Source of the DNA: an uncultured Planctomycetota bacterium
Lineage (GTDB): Bacteria > Planctomycetota > Planctomycetia > Isosphaerales > Isosphaeraceae
Assembly: GCA_963737655.1 (NCBI GenBank)
Contig: CAVTTN010000002.1
Location: forward strand, 768,001-832,000
Length of the DNA: 64,000 nucleotides
Direction of reading: 5' to 3'
In this document: piece after piece, positions 56,935 through 64,000 of the stretch
Numbering within the stretch: position 1 is the first letter of the stretch
Layout: each line of letters starts with the position of its first letter
Program-made: the position numbers and the translations under genes
The notes under the pieces: generated by a model
The model's database searches: none
Told to the model about the DNA's origin: nothing
What the model saw: only the letters and a program-made list of their open reading frames with translations

Positions 56935-59900
56935 TCAGGGGCCGCCGAGTTCGGCGGCGTCGGGCACGGGGGAGCCGACGTCGGCGGGATGCCCGTTGCC
57001 GTCCGGCGGTCCTGCGGGGCCGGGCGGGGCCTGGTGGGGCCTGGAGCCTCTCAGGCGCTCGCCCAGGACGTAGTAGATCGGGATCACGAACCGGCCGAGG
57101 ACGGTGCTGACTCCGATCCCGAAGGCGATGACGATCCCCAGCGAGTTGCGGCTGTAGGCCCCGGCGCCGGTGGCCCGGGCCATCGGCAGGACGCCGAAGA
57201 CGAAGGCGAACGACGTCATCAGGATCGGACGGAGCCGCTGGCGGGACGCCTCCTTGGCCGACTCGACGATCCCCATCCCGTGCTTCTCCATCAGCTCGAC
57301 GCCGAACTCGACGATCAGGATGGCGTTCTTCGTCTCCAGGCCGATCAGCATCACCAGGCCGATCTGGCCGAACACGTCCAGCGGAATGTCGTAGAGCCAG
57401 AGGCCGACCATGGCGCCGAAGGTGGCCAGCGGGACCGTCAGGATGATGACCAGCGGCCGGATCCAGCTCTCGTACAAGGCCGCCATGAACAGGAAGACGC
57501 AGAGGATCGACAGGGCGAAGACGTAGGTGGCCATGCTGCCGGTCTTCTGCTCCTGGTAGGTCGTGCCGGTCCATTCGTAGCCGAATCCCTCGGGCAGCAC
57601 CTCGGCGGCCACCTCCTGCATCGCGGCGATCGCCTGGCCCGAGCTGTACCCCGGCGCCGGCTGGCCGGTGATTCTCGCGGCCGTATACATGTTGTAATGC
57701 GGCACGTCGATCGGCCCGAGCGCATTCTTGACCTGGCCCAGCGCGCTGAGCGGGACGCGGTCGCCCAGTCGGTTCAAAACATAGAGTCGGCCGACGTCAT
57801 CGGGCCGATATCGATCGCGGCTCTCGGCCTGGACCATGACTTTCCAGGTCTTGCCGTAGAGGTTGAAGTCGTTGACGTAGTAGGCGCCGAGGTTGGTCTG
57901 GAGGACGCTGAAGACGTCCGAGACCGACACGTCGAGGCGCCGGGCCTTGACCCGGTCGATGTCGAAACGGAGCTGCGGGACCTTGGCGGTGAAGGTCGTG
58001 AAGACGCCCGCCAGCTCGGGGCGCTTCCGGGCCTCGTCCAGGAACCGATCGGCGACGGATGCGGTCGCCGCGACCCCCTTGCCCTCGCGGTCCTCGATCA
58101 TGAAATCGAACCCGCCGGTCGAGCTGAGGCCCTGGATCGGCGGCGGCTGGAGGACGGCCGCCCTCGCCTCGACGACCTCCGCGGAGAGTTGGCGCTGGAG
58201 TTCGACGGACAGGCCCGCGGCGCGCAGGCCCGGCGAGGTCCGATGTTCCCATCCCTCGAGGATCACGAACGCGGTGGCCGTGTTGGTCTGGTTGATCGAC
58301 GTGATCGCGTTGTAGCCGTCGAGGAGCAGCACGTCCTTGACGCCGTGCAGCTTGCCCGCGATCTCGCCGACGCGCCTGGCGGCGCGGGTGGTGGGCTCGC
58401 GCGTCGTGCCGTCGGGCGTCTGCACCACGACGATCAGGTAGCCCTGGTCCTCGGTCGGGATGAAGGCCTTCGGCCTCTGATAGATCAGCCAGCCGGTGAG
58501 CGTGAGCAGGCCGAGCGAGGGCACGACGATCAACGGCCAGCGCCGGGCCCCGAAGTCCAGGAACGAGTCGTACGAATCCTCGACCCACTTGAGCCCGCGG
58601 TTGAACCAGACGAACGGCGGGAACTTCGTCTCGCCGTGCTTGGGCTTCAGGAGCAGCCGGGCGATCGCCGGCGTGAAGGTCAGCGAGTTGAACGCCGAGA
58701 ACAGGAAGGAGAAGACGATCGTCAGCGCGAACTGGTTGTAGAGCCGACCCGTCAGCCCCGGGATGAAGGCCACCGGGACGAACACCGCGGCGAGCACCAG
58801 GCCGATCGTCACGATCGGCGCCGTGATCTCGGCCATCGCCGCCTTCGTCGCCTCCAGGGGATTCAGGCCGCGCTCGAGGAACTTCTCGATGTTCTCCACG
58901 ACGATGATCGCGTCGTCCACGACCAGGCCGATCGCCAGGACGAGCCCGCACATGGTCAGCGTGTTGATCGAGAACCCGAACGCCGCCATCATCGCGAACG
59001 TCGCCACGAGCGAGACCGGGATGGCGATCATCGGGATGGCCGTCGCCCGGACCCCCTGGAGGAAGATGAACACGACGATCAGCACGAGGATGAACGCCTC
59101 GAACAGCGTGTCCTTCACCTCGGTGATGTTCTCGCGGACATATTTAGTCGTGTCGTAGGCGACCCGGTATTCCAGGCCCTCCGGGAAGTTCTTCGCGACG
59201 CGATCCATCTCGGCGCGGACCTGGGCGACGATGTCCAGCGCGTTGGCGTCGGCCAGTTGGTAGATCGGCACGGTGCCGGCGGGCTTGCCGTTGAGCCAGC
59301 CGGCCGTCTCGTAATTCTCCGAGTCGAGCTGGACGCGGGCGACGTCGGAGAGGTAGACGATCGAGCCGTCGTCGTTGCGGCGGACGACGATCTTGCGGAA
59401 TTCCTCGGCCTGCGACAGCCTCCCCTTCGAGGTGATCGGATACTCGAACCTCTGGCCGGCCGGCGCCGGCGAGGCGCCGATCTTGCCCGAGGCGGACTGC
59501 TTGTTCTCCTGCTCGATCGCCTGGATGACCAGGGAGGGCGAGATGCGCTGATTGGCCATGCGGTCGGGATCGAGCCACACCCGCATGGCGTACTTGCGGC
59601 CGAAGGGGTTGACGTCGCTCACGCCCGGGATGCGCTTGAGGGCATCGACGACGTTGATTTGAGCATAATTATCGAGGAATGTGGCGTCGAACCGGCCGTC
59701 GGGGGAGACGAGATTGACGACGCAGACCATGTTGGTCGAGGTCTTCTTGACCGTCACGCCGTACTGCTTGACCTCGGGCGGCAGGCTGGTCTGGGCCGTC
59801 GAGACCTTGTTCTGGATGTCGACGGCGGCGATATCCTGGTCGTAGCCGACGTCGAAGGTCGCGATGACGTTCGAGAGTCCATTGGACGTGCTGTCCGAGT

Positions 59901-60136
59901 TGAAGTAGATCTGCCCCTTCACGCCGTTGATCTGCTGCTCGATCGGGGTCGTCACGGTGTCGGCGACCGTCTGGGCATCGGCGCCGGTGTAGGTCGTGGT
60001 GACCTGGACCTGGGGCGGGACGATGTCAGGGTACAGCGAGATCGGCAGGATCAGGACGCAGATGCCGCCGACGAGCAGCATCAGGAGCGCCGATGACCGT
60101 GGCGAAGATCGGTCGGCCGATGAAGAAGTTGACCAT
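56935..60136 (-). CDS. RND efflux permease (HAE1/AcrB-like); apparent +1 frameshift near 60091
   Basis: MVNFFIGRPIFATVI start out of frame with the body; GLVVDDAIIVVEN, KNAILIVEF and RLRPILMTS motifs. Confidence 0.92.
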
Positions 60137-60197
60137 GTCTGGTTCCGCTCGGGTGATCCGGGTCGACTTCGATGGGGCAGTTCGGGCGCCTGGCGCG

Positions 60198-61593
60198 TCA
60201 GTCCTTCGCCTTCGGCGCGGTCGATGCGGAGGCCGCCGATTTCGGGGCGTCCTGGGCCGCGCCGCCCGCGATCGGGACGAGGTCGGCGGGCGCGGGCTGG
60301 GTCTTGACCGTCATCCCGCCGCGGACCATTTGCAGCCCCTCGACGATCACTCTCTGGCCGGGCTTGAGGCCCGATTCGAGCACGCGGAGTCCCTCGTGGA
60401 CGAAGCTCGCCCGGACGGGGACGACCGCCACCTTACCCTGGGCGTCGACCGTGAAGACCGTGGGGCCGGCCTGCGACTCCACGACCGCCTGCTCGGGGAC
60501 GACGACCGCATCCTTGACCTCGCCGACCTTCGCGCTCGCCTTCACGTACTCCCCGGGCAGGAGCGCCTTGTCGGCGTTGGCGACCTCGGCGCGGATCAGG
60601 AACGTCGAGGTGGAGGGATCGATCGCGTTGTCGATCGTCGTCGCCTTGCCGGGGGACCGCCGTTCCTGCTCGCCCTCCAGCCCCGGCCGGAAGACCTCGA
60701 TCGCGACCCCCTTGCCGATCAGCGAGGTCACGCGGTCGAGGTAGCGCGAGGCGACCGGGATGTCGACGCCCATCGGGTCGAGCTGCCGGACGATCGCGAG
60801 TCTCCGTATATTGCTGCCCCCCGAGCGCGGCCGAGACCGGCCCGCCTTCCGGCGTCCCGACCAGGTTCCCGAGCTTGACCTTGGCGAACCCGATCCGGCC
60901 GTCGATCGGCGAGAACATCCGGCAATAGCTCAGGTCGATCTCCGCCTGGCTGAGCGTGGCCTTCGCCGCCGAGACGTCCGCCTCGGCCGTGAGGATGTTC
61001 GTGTCGTAATCGGCCTTCGCCTGATCCAGCGCCGCCTTGTCGGCCTCGACCTGGGCCTCGCTCCGTTTCCGGGCCGCGCCGGAGCGATCGACGTCTTCCT
61101 GGGAGGCCGCGTTCCGGCCGCGGAGCGCGATCTGGCGAGATTCCTCGATCCTGCTCAGGGAGTACACCGCCTGATCGAGCGCGAGCTGCGCCACGGCGAT
61201 CTCCCTCGCCCGCGAGTCCTTCGCCTTCCTGAGGGTCGCCTCGGCCGCCTCGAGCCGGGCGCGGTACTCCCCGACCTTGGCCTTGAAGGGCTCCTCGTCG
61301 ATGACATAGAGGAGCTGGCCCGCCTTGACGTCGCCGCCCTCGGTGAAGTGGATCTCCTTGAGGAACCCGCGGACGCGGGCCCGAATCGAGACTTCCTGGA
61401 GGGCGCGCGTGGTCCCGATCGGCTCCGCCATGATCGGCACGGTCATCGTCCTCGCCTCGACGACCGAGACGAGTGGTGGCGGCGGGACCCGACCCGTCTC
61501 CGCCTTCGAGGTGCAGCCGGCGACCGCTGCCGAGGCGCAAATCGCGGAGGCGATCGCGAGGCGAGTTCTCGATGTGGACCGTTCGATAGTCAT
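60198..61593 (-). CDS. RND periplasmic adaptor (AcrA-like lipoprotein); apparent +1 frameshift near 60801
   Basis: VAGC lipobox, IRARVRG, SPIDGRIG; continues LAIVRQLDPM...LLPGEY...GLQMVRGG after removal of one base. Confidence 0.88.
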
Positions 61594-61664
61594 AGGCTGT
61601 CTCCTCGTCGGGCCAGAGAGCGGGCTTCGCTCGGGCCTCGGCCTGTCGTGACGTCGTCGCGAGA

Positions 61665-62830
61665 TCACGGTCGTTTCGGTCCTTCCCGGCCGGATCGTCC
61701 GCCGGCCGGGCCGCCGTCCCCCTCGGCCATCAGGGCGGCGAGGGGGCGGGTGTAATCCATGTTCTCCCAGATGATCTTCAGCATCGCCGTGAGAGGGACT
61801 GCCAGCAGCAGGCCGGTCAGGCCCCAGCAGAGGCCCCAGAACGCCAGGCAGAGCATCGTCACCAGCGGGCTGAGGTCGACGGCGCGGCCCATCAGAATCG
61901 GCTCGAGGATCGAGCCGGTGAGCGCCTGGATCGCCAGCAGGATCACCGTCAGCGCGCAGGGCTTCCAGAGCGGATCGAGGTCGATGAACGCCAGCAGCAG
62001 CGGGAACCCGACGGCCACGAGGCTGCCGAAATACGGCACGAAGTTCCCGAAGAAGACCAGGACGCCCCACAGGACCGGATGGCGGACGCCAAACGCCCAG
62101 AGCGCGAGCGACGAAGGGATCGCGGCCGCGAGGCTCGCCATCGTCTTCGCCCGCAAGTAATGCATGATCGCCGCGTTGACCCGGGCGACGACGCCCATGA
62201 CCTCCTCGGCTCGATCCGGCGCGAACCCCGAGCGGATCCGACCCGGGAACCGGCGCAGATCGAGCAGGAGGAAGATCAGGTAGATCCCGACCAGGAACGC
62301 CTCGCCCAGCATCGAGGCGCCCCCGGAGAGCAGGGGCGCATCGCCCCTCGCACCGCGTTCCAGGCTTCCGAGTCGGTAAACTCGACGGCCCGGTTCCCAT
62401 CGATCAGCCATCGCGGGGCGTGAGAGCGGCCGTACTCCCTGGCCTGGGCGACGATCCCCCTCGTTCGCTCGATCAGCCTGGGGAGGTCGTCATTCAGCTC
62501 CACCATCCCGCCGAAGGCGATCATGGCGACCCCCCAGAACAGGGCGAGCGTCGCGGCGAGGATCACGACGGCCGAGGCCTTCGAGGTGATCCGGCGGCGG
62601 AGCCACTGGTGGATCGGCACGACCAGATAGGCCAGGAAAACCGCCAGGACGAACGGCCTCAGGAGCGCCCCGAACTCCTTGAGCAAGAACCAGGATGCCG
62701 ACGCGGCGACCAGGCCGGCCGTCAGAGCGTACAGAGAGGAGGCATCTCCGCGAGGTCGGCCGTCGCGCGCGAGGGCGTCACGCGGCAGGGCTTCGGTCAC
62801 GGAAATCGGCTCGGAGGGGGTCATCGTCAT
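61665..62830 (-). CDS. AI-2E family transporter; apparent frameshift near 62335-62345
   Basis: LRPFVLAVFLAYL in one frame; NFVPYFGS, LEPILMG, LSP and WG..GLLLAVPL in another. Confidence 0.85.
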
Positions 62831-62858
62831 CTCTCGATCGCAGGATCAGGCCGCGGGC

Positions 62859-64000
62859 CTAGCCGATCGGCACGGGGTCCGCCCCCCAGATCGCCTTGGC
62901 GTATTCGGCGATCGTGCGGTCGCTGGAGAACTTCCCGGAGTGCGCGACGTTGAGGATCGCCCTCCGCGACCACTCCTCGGGACGGGTGTAAAGGTCGGAC
63001 ACCCGGGACTGGGTCGCGACGTAGGACGACAGGTCGGCCAAATGCATGTAGTAATCGCCGTGGGTGAGGAGGACGTCCTTGATCGTCGCGTAGCGGTCGG
63101 GCTGGTCCCGGCTGAAGTGGCCGGAGAAGATGAGGTCCAGGGCCTGTCGGGTCTCGGCTTCGTTGTCGTAATGCCATCGAGGGTTATACCATCCCCGCGA
63201 GTCGGCGACCTGATCGGCGGTCAGGCCGAACAGGAACGCGTTCTCCTCGCCGACTTCCTCGGCGATCTCGATCGTGGCGCCGTCTCGCGTCCCGACGGTC
63301 AGGGCGCCGTTCATCATGAACTTCATGTTGCTCGTGCCGCTCGCCTCGTAGCCGGCGGTGGAGATCTGCTCCGAGACGTCACTCGCCGGGATCAACCGCT
63401 CGGCGAGGGTGACCGAGTAGTTCGGCAGGAACTCGACCCGGAGCTTGCCCCGGACGGCCGGGTCGCGATTGATCACGGAACCGACGTCGTTGATGAGGTG
63501 GATGATCCGCTTGGCGAGGCGGTAGGCCGGCGCCGCCTTGCCGCCGAACAGGAACGTCCTGGGCGGAGTATCCAGCGACGGATTTGTGCGCAACCGATTG
63601 TAACAGACCACGATCTGCAGCACATTCAACAACTGACGCTTGTACTCGTGGATGCGCTTGATCTGCGTGTCGAAGATCGTGTCGGGATCGATCGCGATCC
63701 CCTCCTTGGCCTTGATCCAGTCGACGAACCGGACCTTGGCGGCACGCTTCGCCGCCAGGAAGCTCGCGCGGAACGCCGGGTCATCGGCCAGGGGCACGAT
63801 CCGGTTCAGCTCCGCCAGGTCGGTGATCCAGCCGTCGCCGACGGCCTCGGTGAGCAGCGCCGCGAGGTCCGGGTTGGCGAGCAGGAGCCAGCGCCGAGGA
63901 GTGACGCCGTTGGTCTTGTTGCTGAACCGCTGGGGGAACATCTCGGCGAAATCGGCGACGGTCCGGGTCCGAAGGAGTTCCGAGTGGATGGCCGCCACGC
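62859..64000 (-). CDS. glgP: Glycogen/starch phosphorylase (5'-truncated at window edge)
   Basis: NKTNGVTPRRWL, KRIHEYKRQ, EASGTSNMK (PLP Lys) and FSSDRTI motifs. Confidence 0.96.
   Translation of the reverse strand, partial: VAAIHSELLRTRTVADFAEMFPQRFSNKTNGVTPRRWLLLANPDLAALLTEAVGDGWITDLAELNRIVPLADDPAFRASFLAAKRAAKVRFVDWIKAKEGIAIDPDTIFDTQIKRIHEYKRQLLNVLQIVVCYNRLRTNPSLDTPPRTFLFGGKAAPAYRLAKRIIHLINDVGSVINRDPAVRGKLRVEFLPNYSVTLAERLIPASDVSEQISTAGYEASGTSNMKFMMNGALTVGTRDGATIEIAEEVGEENAFLFGLTADQVADSRGWYNPRWHYDNEAETRQALDLIFSGHFSRDQPDRYATIKDVLLTHGDYYMHLADLSSYVATQSRVSDLYTRPEEWSRRAILNVAHSGKFSSDRTIAEYAKAIWGADPVPIG

Overview
High-GC bacterial chromosomal window, most likely Planctomycetota (Isosphaeraceae-like). 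This is inferred from the LEPR-XLL-type leader on a giant surface protein, an ECF sigma factor paired with a Ser/Thr kinase-WD40 gene, an S1-domain RpsA paralogue, Uma2 paralogues and an NTF2 + Gly-rich TPR gene pair. Housekeeping and metabolic genes include a gmhA-like SIS gene, suhB, ribH, rho, coaE, ppk2, partial glgP and an RND efflux pair. Accessory content: (1) a 16-kb gene for a ~5300-aa modular surface protein, flanked by two membrane kinases and a divergent ECF sigma; (2) a REP-associated tyrosine transposase (RAYT/Y1) bounded by inverted end repeats; (3) several distinct REP/REPIN-like palindrome families and two MITE families, which at 51.3-51.6 kb are nested inside one another; (4) directly after that, two 101-bp attC-like sites bracketing a gene cassette with no integrase in the window (CALIN-like). 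Also present are a HicBA toxin-antitoxin pair beside an ADP-ribosylglycohydrolase and a TetR/SDR regulon with visible operators. Five genes show apparent single-base frameshifts, which may be assembly errors. No rRNA, tRNA or CRISPR array was recognised. All product calls come from recognising motifs by eye; no database searches were run.
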